The notes under the pieces were generated by a model. The model saw only the letters and a program-made list of their open reading frames with translations, had not been told where the DNA came from and did no database searches. From assembly GCA_964387845.1 (NCBI GenBank), contig CAYLXA010000013.1:1-64000 (forward strand): a stretch of 64,000 nt of DNA, read 5' to 3'. This DNA comes from an uncultured bacterium (lineage in GTDB: Bacteria; Omnitrophota; Omnitrophia; Omnitrophales; Abzuiibacteriaceae). The position numbers and the translations under genes were made by a program. Position 1 is the stretch's first letter. Each line of letters starts with the position of its first letter. Of the stretch, positions 54,801 to 60,775 are shown one piece after another.

Positions 54801-56777
54801 CACTGCCGAGCTTTGCTCGGTTGGGTGAAAATCGTGATTCTGCGGATCGACAAATAAAGGCACGGTTCCGAGATTATCTACGATTGTTCCAGTCCCAAAA
54901 AGGTTATCCAGATTTTGAAGTGTGTAATCAAAGTGTATATACGGAGGATTGGAAGTTCCAAAATTTCGCGTAGACATCACAAATCCGCCCGGGTTGTCAG
55001 TCACCAGCAAATTATTTTTGATTTCATTTCCGTAACCCTGATTGGGTTCGAAGCCATAAATATCAAAGAAAATAGGACGGTTGAGATAATACGCATATGT
55101 CTGAGAGTAAGGTCCGTCGGCAGCTCCGCCGGTTTTAAGCTGGATGATATTGTTTTGCACTTTGTTGTCATGCACATAATTGGTATTTGGCAACAGGACG
55201 TCATTTATATCCGGACGATTATTAAACTCAATCGCTTTTACCATAGAGTTGTGCGTGGTTGCTGTCGGGTCGTCCATATAAATTAAATTATGATAAACCT
55301 GGTTCCGGTCGGAATTCGAATCGCCGTTTCCGATAAAAGTAATGCCGTGCAAGGAACGCCGCCTCGGCTCGTCAGCGTCGTAGTAAATGATGTTGTTGTG
55401 GATTTGGCTGTCGGAAGCCGAGAGCATTTCAATGGCATGGCCGCCTTGGTTTCCCGTGGTCGGGTACACATTCCAGTTGTAAATCAAATTATTTTTAATA
55501 GTCATTTGACTGCCGCCGAATGCAAAGCAGGTATGAAGTTCGTTATTACAGGAATTATTTTCAACCGTTATGTTGTCAGACCATCTAACCGTTAAGCTGA
55601 TATGTCCGCAATTTCCAAAAGTACTATTTTTTACGCTGCCACCGGATACGCGATTAAATTGAATCCCGTCGCCCGAGAAGCGAAAATCTTCGGTCGGGCG
55701 CTCAGAGTATTCAGAGCAGCTGACAGATGCATTCTCGATTTTAATATTAGAAACGTCATCAAATTGTATTGCACTCCCCCAAGTTTCATAGTCTTCCCCG
55801 GTTTTCCGCCACCTAAAGCCGTAACCGATGTCATTGAGGCTTTGAAAATTAAGAACGCTTGTATCTAAAATTTGAATATCTTGGGCTGGATTTCCAACAG
55901 TCCCGCTAATTCTCAACGGATTCGGCATGTAAAGTCTGCCTTCCGGCGTATCTTCATAGGCAATAAAATTAAGCCCCTTTAACGTAATGTAGCTGGCGTT
56001 ATTCAAGATCAGAATCCACGAATAATTATAAGAGCCGCCGCGTATGGTAACCGGCTCATAACCACTCGGTTCAGTTTGAGAGGGATATGCTTGGATCGTG
56101 ATCCGCTGCGCAGGCCCGGCGCCGGACGTATTAACGCTCGCATTATGTTCCGTATAGTCGCCGCGGCGAATGAAGACTGTATCGCCCGGATTCAATTTAT
56201 GGTTTGGCCTGTATTCGGTTAACCCGCGCAAACTACACCACGGTGTTGCGGGATTTAAGGCTTCCGGGCGTTCACGGTTATCGCGGCAATTACAATTGCT
56301 CTGATCGACAAACAGAACATTCAGCCCATTTGCCAAATTCAAAGGATCTGTATTGTTGTCACACTGACGAAGTGGAATACTGCTTGCGTTGGTCGGGCTA
56401 CTGCCTAATCTGATCTCGTCGTCATCATTGACGCCATCTCCGTCTGTGTCATATCCGATGTTTCCGTTGCCCACAGTTGGATTGGTATTAAAAGCAACTT
56501 CCCGAAAGTTGGGCACTCCGTCTCTATCCGGATCGTCGTATTGATCATAACTTGTGATATCGCCAAAGTATTGAATTTCCCAATCATCTGAAAGGCCATC
56601 AAAATCAGTGTCAATTTCACCGGCGGCAATTTGGGGAAGGGGAATGCCCATGAAGACGAGCGTGAAAATAATGATCAAAGAAACAAAATCAGAAAGAAAT
56701 TTGGAAACAACTTTCTTGAACTGCCGGGATTTTATTTTTTTTTTGTGTGATTTATCTGATTCGGAGCTTCGTCCCAT
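45891..56777 (-). CDS. giant (3628 aa) secreted/surface protein of repeated modules
   Basis: Uninterrupted 10.9-kb ORF with an N-terminal K-rich/hydrophobic signal. Four modules each begin ...LANG.N.LF.D..NC.C...PWC... GDTVYIRGG, followed by NN.I..N beta-helix-like turns. Modules: calcium-binding (thrombospondin type-3-like) DxDxDG repeats, four ~550-aa right-handed beta-helix (pectate-lyase-fold-like) domains, fibronectin-III-like stretches, two InlB B-repeat-like segments (YTFNNV..HTIEA.F), and about a dozen tandem ~38-aa Cys-rich repeats (CDDGN.CNGTETC). Confidence 0.85.
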   Translation of the reverse strand: MGRSSESDKSHKKKIKSRQFKKVVSKFLSDFVSLIIIFTLVFMGIPLPQIAAGEIDTDFDGLSDDWEIQYFGDITSYDQYDDPDRDGVPNFREVAFNTNPTVGNGNIGYDTDGDGVNDDDEIRLGSSPTNASSIPLRQCDNNTDPLNLANGLNVLFVDQSNCNCRDNRERPEALNPATPWCSLRGLTEYRPNHKLNPGDTVFIRRGDYTEHNASVNTSGAGPAQRITIQAYPSQTEPSGYEPVTIRGGSYNYSWILILNNASYITLKGLNFIAYEDTPEGRLYMPNPLRISGTVGNPAQDIQILDTSVLNFQSLNDIGYGFRWRKTGEDYETWGSAIQFDDVSNIKIENASVSCSEYSERPTEDFRFSGDGIQFNRVSGGSVKNSTFGNCGHISLTVRWSDNITVENNSCNNELHTCFAFGGSQMTIKNNLIYNWNVYPTTGNQGGHAIEMLSASDSQIHNNIIYYDADEPRRRSLHGITFIGNGDSNSDRNQVYHNLIYMDDPTATTHNSMVKAIEFNNRPDINDVLLPNTNYVHDNKVQNNIIQLKTGGAADGPYSQTYAYYLNRPIFFDIYGFEPNQGYGNEIKNNLLVTDNPGGFVMSTRNFGTSNPPYIHFDYTLQNLDNLFGTGTIVDNLGTVPLFVDPQNHDFHPTEQSSAVDAGICVPEVDFDFDNHIRPQGAACDIGPFEYVYNDTSDTDQDGLPDVWEMLHFGNLNQNGTDDPDNDQFINLQEFQNGTDPNNPDTDGDGYSDGEEFAGGFNPNDPNNHPSELGGCIAGSSDPQGLANGANVLFVDKNNCNCSDAGDRYAARDPYTPWCSPLGFHENRPNHKLNAGDTVYIRGGEYPIVDTTVRINSSGTSDSNRITFTSYPGETAVIRGAHTAFERTFVLNDVHFITFENLHFVGNVDVGNPNGKLYGPRVIEVVSGSSDIVFDSISVVDFKGTDDIGYDDRAPNAPYGNGIEFDNASNITVKNSFFRCMQVNDQINPDNRYSGDGIMMDYVSGGLIENNTFRDCGHILLVLRFNTHDVLVQNNDFSNTLHTNIAVGVGSHDNIIRNNTFHTYNSIPSETTLRANSIQILGASDNLIYNNVIYNGALNGNGISIANSQDQNGPGTGFFEANNNKIFHNTVYNTGYANMSVGNNGVFGQNNWANNNQIKNNIFYGIQTYTGEGEQIHGEIRLGGWDFEGQNGYGNVFENNWVKELNPAEDPVQSTNNRNTQRYHYTIDEFNALSFAEDNVDGNPLFVNAGIGDFHLQQDSPAIGSVPCLPEVAVDFDGNPRPESGSCAPGAFEYTSQSEGGCTVGSSDPQELANGTNMLFIDQNNCDCSDSYSRTQALDPNTPWCTPRALRETSPYEKLNIGDTVYIRGGDYFLPYIDANNFIVIRSSGTEANPITIRGYPNETVNLHGSSMTAQGSNIGIYMLTTYLANDITFDSLNFIGHIDTAGGRLYAPYVLGIQRSNGVKLKNISVTSFTGNDDIGIGHRWPPEQSYAEPWANGIKVLDTDGVEIDNLNLNCTASPSLLLMNGGGVDGIVGDDARNTTIKNSWFGDCGHGTVGFRNSENVLIENNTFRNRFHTSFGIGSIDGNPGISQNTIIRNNTFFGTNQFPSESNHRGGAIQIGPGKTERLYIYNNVIYDGFNDSTGITLVANVADQNLIQDVYIFNNTIHSPGPRGIYTANFNWNPPDALNAIYNVRIWNNILMDANHDYVSPVSFGNTFNAELLMLHYDPLEYVDTNFGGYGDDIRNNLIYSSNPAHETSVIRALKDGGGNGQIVVSGLYSVADFNNFNLADSNIQADPQFVDLANADFNLQPGSPASHSGMCLNVIENGFNVSVTPTGSTGCHIGAFASQAAVQPVLAQPATPNDGDFNLAWTPSLGSNAYEIKISTDPNFASNVTTLWSNDTFVPVSLSTSNTYHARVRGWESPPVPPFQLGRNPTEYSNVVQFVVDLEPPSGTILIENDAAVTYSLDSHIYLTVSDSGGSSITSVIFSNNGTIWSDPTPYENVMRWKLASGPSGERTVFARLIDSVGNISAIMQDTIYYEAGWTCSVDTVNPGSNPECNPICGDGLVVGNETCDDGNTASGDGCSSICQVEGPSHSINATANNGGYIVPNGTVNVAEGSDQIFTITPNIGYEITDVLVDSVSQGAISSYTFNNVQTTHTIEASFSVTTTALCGDGICEAPETVQTCSQDCAGTCGDGYCDLRRESHFDCSNDCAGNYYVVDANNPACSNSGPGSLAQPICNVSATFDQLNPGDTVYIRGGTQPFGSYNLMDRGGAPNQWVTIRNYPGETPVIDSGASIPSNWTFSENAGNYSIWWTDTSLGTYDPNANGGEGNYPRGIIMDLERPFSRMLRHQDMLDVLTIPNSNTSFNAYFIDCTSGRLYIRLPSGTNPSEHSFYFPGQNRFYTSASYIRFIGLTIQHGEEGIKMNPLPGGNPGQYIEVYDSTLRSLNSMGIADLTPHPTIDNYFTYQNNRFENIGPLVIADDSSYPVEICLSEISDPWQYTYDRYGHVIYGHAAGNLFSNNITINAGLSGALQLNRNSRYYNNYINGTVGGIGSNIEFFNNVVDASIGKALSLDNVQENGRFYNNLLIGNGYDSYVVLIGAEASPSSAPNIQFLNNIVYKKEAAPAYCAAYFNYTDFAAIQHNNNIYIDCQYFAAGGIEWSSPDPITNFNNWRSFLNGVDTYSSLQTATDVLMVNFSEAPSVNDYDLHSESAAIDAGFPMPNLHTDVRDRPRDAQTDIGPYEYQSTLQNENPTVDLGNDQTVAFGTSAIINGGVTDDGLPNPPGAVTVSWSQVTSSGGIATFNPPNNTSTSVTFSHPGSYQLRLTADDSMLTGSDDIMISVNFSAPPGVSANPPSPNLGAFNLEWDAVPGAAIYQVQLSPDPNFVQNIDERWPSGIFEPFVISQTGTYYARVQAWSQPPQDGGFGSGFSPAITIVVQACLTDANCSDNNTCNGTETCVSGSCQPGTPLACDDGNLCNGTETCDSVLGCQLGAPLNCGDADACNGIESCDPTLGCLSGVPLNCDDGIACTNDSCDSLSGCVHTTDNSVCSDGLFCTGAEICNAALGCQSNPAPCSGPNLICDETNDQCTGCLNDSDCDDSNACNGTETCQAGICTAGTSLVCDDGNICNGTETCDSALGCQSGIPLTCDDGNVCNGPESCDSTLGCQTGAPLVCDDGNPCTAEACDPATGCESTPVVDGMSCSDGLFCTGAEICIAGICQNGTEPCSDPDHCDEPNDQCFACISDSECGDGNLCNGAEACVNNTCQAGTPLVCDDANVCNGTETCDPGLGCQASAPLVCDDGVSCTNDSCDSVNGCANTPDDSICSDGLFCNGSETCNATAGCQSGTSACDTGEECDEANDMCICPEGAPCNPLAFTITASASEGGQISPVGDVVVNEGDNATFTITPDSRYEIQDVLVNSTSVGAVSSYTFNNVTSDHTIEATFAVIPESPATNGETQNPPDSNPDEGGPENGSPQETANPQNTGGYYTPGIVGVIVPYNNPSPGTQPAAASGSGNVPRQAASNTKANVSGAIATITGGLETLDESAVVQNEPISTAKSLIQSSTRVAPLQIGVASLQQLDKFNGEMIRLRGGPKPSGNPVKTFFEILFEILVEKAPTTISLSV

Positions 56778-57005
56778 TTTAGCTGTTCTGCTTTCTTCTT
56801 AACTGATAAAAGTTTATCATCTTATTAAAGCATTTACAAAAGATTACAAAACTATTTTAAAAATAATTAGTATATCCGGATATTAAGGAAATATAAGCGG
56901 TTTTGAATTTTGAATTAGCCGTCGTGGGCGCTAAAAATTAGACGACAGGGTACTATTCCATAGGCTTGAAAATGCCAAATTCTATGCTAAATTTTGCCTT
57001 CTAAA

Positions 57006-57032
57006 TTGACACAAAACGCGTGCTGTGATAAT
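57006..57032 (+). promoter_or_regulatory. promoter TTGACA-15-(TGt)GATAAT upstream of the peroxiredoxin gene
   Basis: -35 at 57006-57011, extended -10 tgtGATAAT at 57024-57032. Confidence 0.4.
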
Positions 57033-57096
57033 TTCAATGGCTCCAAAGCAATTTTAACTGGATATTAATAGCAGTTTGAGTCATCAGGAGGTTGTT

Positions 57097-57621
57097 ATGT
57101 CAGTACAAGTAGGTTCACCCGCGCCCGATTTTAAAATGCAGGCCGTTGTGGATGGCGGAAAGTTCCAAGATGTAAAGTTGAGCGATTACAAAGGAAAATG
57201 GGTGGTGCTGTATTTTTATCCGCTCGATTTTACCTTTGTTTGCCCGACGGAAATCACGGCTTTTCGTGAAAAATTGGAAGAGTTTAAAAAGTTAAATACT
57301 GTCATTGTTGGAGCCAGTATTGACAGCGTTTATTCGCACAAAGCTTGGATCGAGCAGCAGCTCAAGGATTTACACTATCCTTTGGCAAGCGATCTTTCAA
57401 AGGATGTTTCACGTCGCTATGGAATTCTCTTGGAAGAAAAGGGAATTACACTTCGCGGAACTTTCATCATCGATCCGAACGGTATTTTGAAATGGCAGCT
57501 TGTCAACGATCTCGGAATCGGACGCAATGTGGATGAGGTTTTGAGAGTGCTCCAAGCGCTTCAGACCGGCGAGCTTTGCCAGGCCAACTGGAAGCCGGGC
57601 CAAAAGACCTTAGGCAAATAA
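57097..57621 (+). CDS. 2-Cys peroxiredoxin (AhpC/Prx1 family)
   Basis: FTFVCPTEI peroxidatic-Cys motif and a resolving Cys near the C-terminus. The internal ATG with an AGGAGG RBS is preferred over the ORF-track start. Confidence 0.88.
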   Translation: MSVQVGSPAPDFKMQAVVDGGKFQDVKLSDYKGKWVVLYFYPLDFTFVCPTEITAFREKLEEFKKLNTVIVGASIDSVYSHKAWIEQQLKDLHYPLASDLSKDVSRRYGILLEEKGITLRGTFIIDPNGILKWQLVNDLGIGRNVDEVLRVLQALQTGELCQANWKPGQKTLGK

Positions 57622-57646
57622 ACTAGTTCAGATTTTAAAAAAATAG

Positions 57647-57680
57647 CCCACGCAAAGAAAAAGCGTGGGTTATTTTTTTG
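57647..57680 (+). terminator. rho-independent terminator after the peroxiredoxin gene
   Basis: cccacgc / gcgtggg stem followed by TTATTTTTTT. Confidence 0.7.
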
Positions 57681-57766
57681 TGTCCTTTTGCTACATTTTT
57701 AGGTGTAGTTTAAGGAAAAACCAGATCAAAATTCGCCGTAAAAATCTTTTATTCACTTGCCAATTT

Positions 57767-57794
57767 AGGCGCGGTCGGTATAATAACCGCCCTT
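57767..57794 (+). promoter_or_regulatory. promoter TTGCCA-16-TATAAT upstream of the NUDIX gene
   Basis: -35 at 57767-57772, -10 at 57789-57794. Lies very close to the RBS/ATG at 57806, so the transcription start is uncertain. Confidence 0.35.
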
Positions 57795-57805
57795 TTGAGG
57801 AAACC

Positions 57806-58249
57806 ATGATTAAAGTAGCCAGAACAAGAAAACCAAAGAAACAGCACGTCGAAGCGGTTGCGGCGTTAATCCGCAACGAAAAGGACGGTTCTTTCTTTAT
57901 TACCCAGCGGCACTTGGATGATTTTTTAGGGGGGCTTTGGGAATTTCCGGGCGGAAAGCGCCGCCGCGGTGAAAGCTTTGAGCAAGCACTTCGCCGGGAA
58001 GTCAAAGAAGAAACTGACTTGATCATTGAAGTGGGCGCCCGTCACCGCGCGTCGTCATTCGAATATCCTGACCGTGTTGTAAATCTTTATTTCTATTGGG
58101 CTCGTGTTTTAAAGGGAAAGCCCAGAGCGATTGGCTGCCGCGATTTTAAGTGGGTCCAGCCTGCCGAACTTCTCAATTATACGTTCCCGCCGGCAGATGC
58201 CGAGTTGATTTTGGAACTTTCCAAGCCGACTGAGCTATTCTGCAACTAA
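57806..58249 (+). CDS. NUDIX hydrolase (MutT-like)
   Basis: Nudix box GG.WEFPGGKRRRGESFEQALRREVKEETDL. Internal start with a GAGGAAACC RBS is preferred. Confidence 0.8.
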   Translation: MIKVARTRKPKKQHVEAVAALIRNEKDGSFFITQRHLDDFLGGLWEFPGGKRRRGESFEQALRREVKEETDLIIEVGARHRASSFEYPDRVVNLYFYWARVLKGKPRAIGCRDFKWVQPAELLNYTFPPADAELILELSKPTELFCN

Positions 58250-58258
58250 GCTAGTACT

Positions 58259-58342
58259 GTCATTGCGAGATACGTTATTTGGTATCGAAGCAATCTCGGT
58301 ACTTAGATTGCTTCGGCACTGCACAACGCGCCTCGCAATGAC
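58259..58342. repeat. 85-bp palindromic element with ATTGCGAG terminal inverted repeats, copy A (5' of the membrane-protein gene)
   Basis: tGTCATTGCGAG ... CTCGCAATGAC terminal inverted repeats and an internal 12-bp hairpin cgaagcaatctc / gagattgcttcg. Confidence 0.65.
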
Positions 58343-58412
58343 GACTTGACCTTCCTTAGCAATTTGACGATAATCAATTCATCGATTTTTTGATAACCAG
58401 GAGGAGGAAAAT

Positions 58413-59042
58413 ATGGCGTTGTCCGATCTTTATAGCAATTTTCATTTGTTTTTCAGATGGCTTCACGTATTTGTCGGTATTATTTGGATCGGCCATCTGT
58501 ATTTTTTCAATTTTGTGAACGTCCCGCTTCAAGCCTCACTAGATGATGCCGGCAAGAAAGTCGTCAACCCAAAACTGATGCCGCGCGCACTTTGGTGGTT
58601 CCGCTGGGGCGCCATGCTCACGTTTATTTCCGGGTTGATTCTTTATACGATGATTTACATGTATACGCCGGGAGCCGGATTTGGCCCTTCATCCGCGTTT
58701 CGTGATCTTTTCGGTAATATTACGGGTAGATCAATTTGGATTTTAATCGGAATGTTATTTGGCACGATTATGTGGTTCAACGTGTGGTTTATTATTTGGC
58801 CTGCTCAGAAAGCTCTTTTATCCGGAAAAGTTCCGGCCGATCAAGCCGCCGGCGTTCGCCGCAGAGCCTATTTGGCGTCACGTACAAATACCTATCTGTC
58901 GGGCCCCATGCTTTATGGTATGTTGGCTCCGGGGCATTACGGCGCGTTTAGCTGGGTGACGTTTTTGGTGTTTGGTTTGGTGGCGGTGGCCTTGATTTTC
59001 CACGCCATTCAGAAATCCCCCAAAGTCGGTACGTCAGTTTGA
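58413..59042 (+). CDS. conserved polytopic membrane protein of unknown function (weak resemblance to the COG3748 / PuuD N-terminal membrane domain)
   Basis: 209 aa with 4-5 TM helices and the motif RWLHVFVGIIWIGHLYFFNF. AGGAGG RBS. Confidence 0.55.
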   Translation: MALSDLYSNFHLFFRWLHVFVGIIWIGHLYFFNFVNVPLQASLDDAGKKVVNPKLMPRALWWFRWGAMLTFISGLILYTMIYMYTPGAGFGPSSAFRDLFGNITGRSIWILIGMLFGTIMWFNVWFIIWPAQKALLSGKVPADQAAGVRRRAYLASRTNTYLSGPMLYGMLAPGHYGAFSWVTFLVFGLVAVALIFHAIQKSPKVGTSV

Positions 59043-59048
59043 TCTAAT

Positions 59049-59133
59049 CGTTATTGCGAGGCGCCTTAATCAGCGTCGCGGCAATCCCTGTTCTGAGATT
59101 GCTTCGGCGTTAATCAACGCGCCTCGCAATGAC
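59049..59133. repeat. 85-bp palindromic element with ATTGCGAG terminal inverted repeats, copy B (3' of the membrane-protein gene)
   Basis: ATTGCGAGGCGC ... GCGCCTCGCAATGAC. The 3' half is nearly identical to copy A (gattgcttcggc...caacgcgcctcgcaatgac). Confidence 0.65.
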
Positions 59134-59154
59134 AGTTCAATTTATACTTTAAAA

Positions 59155-59412
59155 TTATTCTAATTCCTGCAAAAACGAATTCCGGCTTTTCAAATCGACA
59201 AACACAACCTGGTCTGGATAATTTAACCCCGCTTCACTGACAAATACTGTGGTGCCGTTGATCTGAAACGCCATTACCTCGCAACCCTCGATGGGAAGTT
59301 TGTTCCCGCCCCCTATGATTTTATCGACAATTTCCTGGCTTACGGCTTTGGCTTTTTGGCCGCGCGCGTCGAGGTAATTCACCAGGATTGTCTTTAGGTC
59401 TTGGATTGTCAT
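59155..59412 (-). CDS. hypothetical 85-aa protein (candidate target of the adjacent LacI-family regulator)
   Basis: ORF with a GGAGAAAAGAGG RBS. A LacI-type palindrome lies 29 bp upstream of its ATG. Confidence 0.5.
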   Translation of the reverse strand: MTIQDLKTILVNYLDARGQKAKAVSQEIVDKIIGGGNKLPIEGCEVMAFQINGTTVFVSEAGLNYPDQVVFVDLKSRNSFLQELE

Positions 59413-59440
59413 TGTTATTTCCTCTTTTCTCCGGTTTTAT

Positions 59441-59454
59441 TGTAACCGGTTACA
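59441..59454. promoter_or_regulatory. LacI-family operator palindrome TGTAACCGGTTACA (site 1, upstream of the 85-aa ORF)
   Basis: Perfect 14-bp palindrome fitting the LacI/CcpA-type TG.AA.CG.TT.CA pattern. Overlaps a TACAAT -10-like hexamer on the minus strand. Confidence 0.6.
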
Positions 59455-59472
59455 TAAAAATTAAAAAAAATA

Positions 59473-60489
59473 TCAATCCGATTTTCTTATAACCAATTCC
59501 GGATCAAATTTGGTTTGAACAGGAGCTTTTACCTTATTTGTCACTAAGTTAATTAGAGTTTCGCATGCAGTGCGTCCCATGGTTTCGAGTGGTTGGCGCA
59601 CGGAAGTAAGCGGCGGCGTGAACGTTTCGTTTTTAGGCGAGTCATCAAAGCCGGCGATGGCTACATCATCCGGGATGCGAAGCCTCGCTTCTTTGATAGC
59701 ACGGACAGCTCCCCGTGCCAAATCATCATTGGCGCAGAAAATCGCGCGCGGCAGTTTCTTATTTTTAATCCAATTTGCAGTTACGACAAAACCATCTTGT
59801 TCGTCAAACCGGGCCGCTTGCGGTAAAAATTCATCACGAAGCTTAAATTTTAGATTTCTTGAAGCGGATTTAAATGCTTTGAATCGGGCTCTTGCGTCCA
59901 GGGAAATATACTCCGGCCCTCTGAGCATCCCGATGGTTCGGTAACCCCGCCTGATGAATCGTGAACAGATGGCTTCGACTCCGCTTTGATTACTGCAGTA
60001 AACGATACTGGATTTAACGCTAGGCTCATAGTCATTAATGAGCACGACGGGAAGTTTTGAATGAGTTTCGATTTCCCGGATTAATTTTGGGAAGAGGCGC
60101 CAGGTCAAAAAAATGATGCCATCAACAGCGTGTTTCTGCAGAAGGTCTTTGAGGTTGCATTGTTCAATTTCAGCATCGCGGATCATGATCCATTTCAAAT
60201 CATATGTGCAAGCGTACATTCCTGTGATGATTCCCGAAATAAGGCCTTCATAGTAATTGCTTTTCACAAGATCGGTTGAAAATGGCGTCACCATGCCGAC
60301 CGTGTTGGTGGTTTGCTTGCTCAGCGCGCGCGCAGATTGACTGGGAATGTAATTGAGTTTACGAATTACTTTTTCAATTTGTTTTTGCGTTTCGGAGTGC
60401 ACAAGGTGCTTTTTGTCGGGATCCATGTAGCGGGATATGCTTGCTACCGAAACTCCCGCTTGCTTTGCCACATCTCTGATTGTTGCCAT
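59473..60489 (-). CDS. LacI-family transcriptional regulator
   Basis: N-terminal HTH MATIRDVAKQAGVSVASISRY and a periplasmic-binding-protein-like effector domain. Internal start with an AAAGGAG RBS is preferred. Confidence 0.85.
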   Translation of the reverse strand: MATIRDVAKQAGVSVASISRYMDPDKKHLVHSETQKQIEKVIRKLNYIPSQSARALSKQTTNTVGMVTPFSTDLVKSNYYEGLISGIITGMYACTYDLKWIMIRDAEIEQCNLKDLLQKHAVDGIIFLTWRLFPKLIREIETHSKLPVVLINDYEPSVKSSIVYCSNQSGVEAICSRFIRRGYRTIGMLRGPEYISLDARARFKAFKSASRNLKFKLRDEFLPQAARFDEQDGFVVTANWIKNKKLPRAIFCANDDLARGAVRAIKEARLRIPDDVAIAGFDDSPKNETFTPPLTSVRQPLETMGRTACETLINLVTNKVKAPVQTKFDPELVIRKSD

Positions 60490-60502
60490 AAAGCTCCTTT
60501 TT

Positions 60503-60516
60503 TGTAACCGGTTACA
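60503..60516. promoter_or_regulatory. LacI-family operator palindrome TGTAACCGGTTACA (site 2, upstream of the regulator gene itself)
   Basis: Identical 14-bp palindrome 14-27 nt upstream of the lacI-family ATG, implying autoregulation. Confidence 0.6.
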
Positions 60517-60692
60517 TTGGAAAGGTAGCACAGCTTTGCCCTTTGTCAAGGTGCCGATTTATGAGTGCGCCGCGTTTTTGAAAAACAGGTTGGCCGGTCG
60601 ATATATTCGGCCGGATTGTCGGATATGCGGGAGATGTATTTTTTAAGTTTATCGAGATAAGCCTATAACTGACTATATTAGTCGGAATTTGG

Positions 60693-60721
60693 TTTGACAG
60701 TTCCGCCGAAGTGGACTATGA
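60693..60721 (+). promoter_or_regulatory. sigma70-like promoter TTGACA-17-TATGAT upstream of the sulfite/nitrite reductase gene
   Basis: -35 at 60693-60698, -10 at 60716-60721. Downstream AAGGTGAAAA RBS and ATG at 60776. Confidence 0.5.
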
Positions 60722-60775
60722 TAGGCGTCACTTTCAGCAAGATTCCAAGCCGAGAGTCCCCAAATAAGGTGAAAA

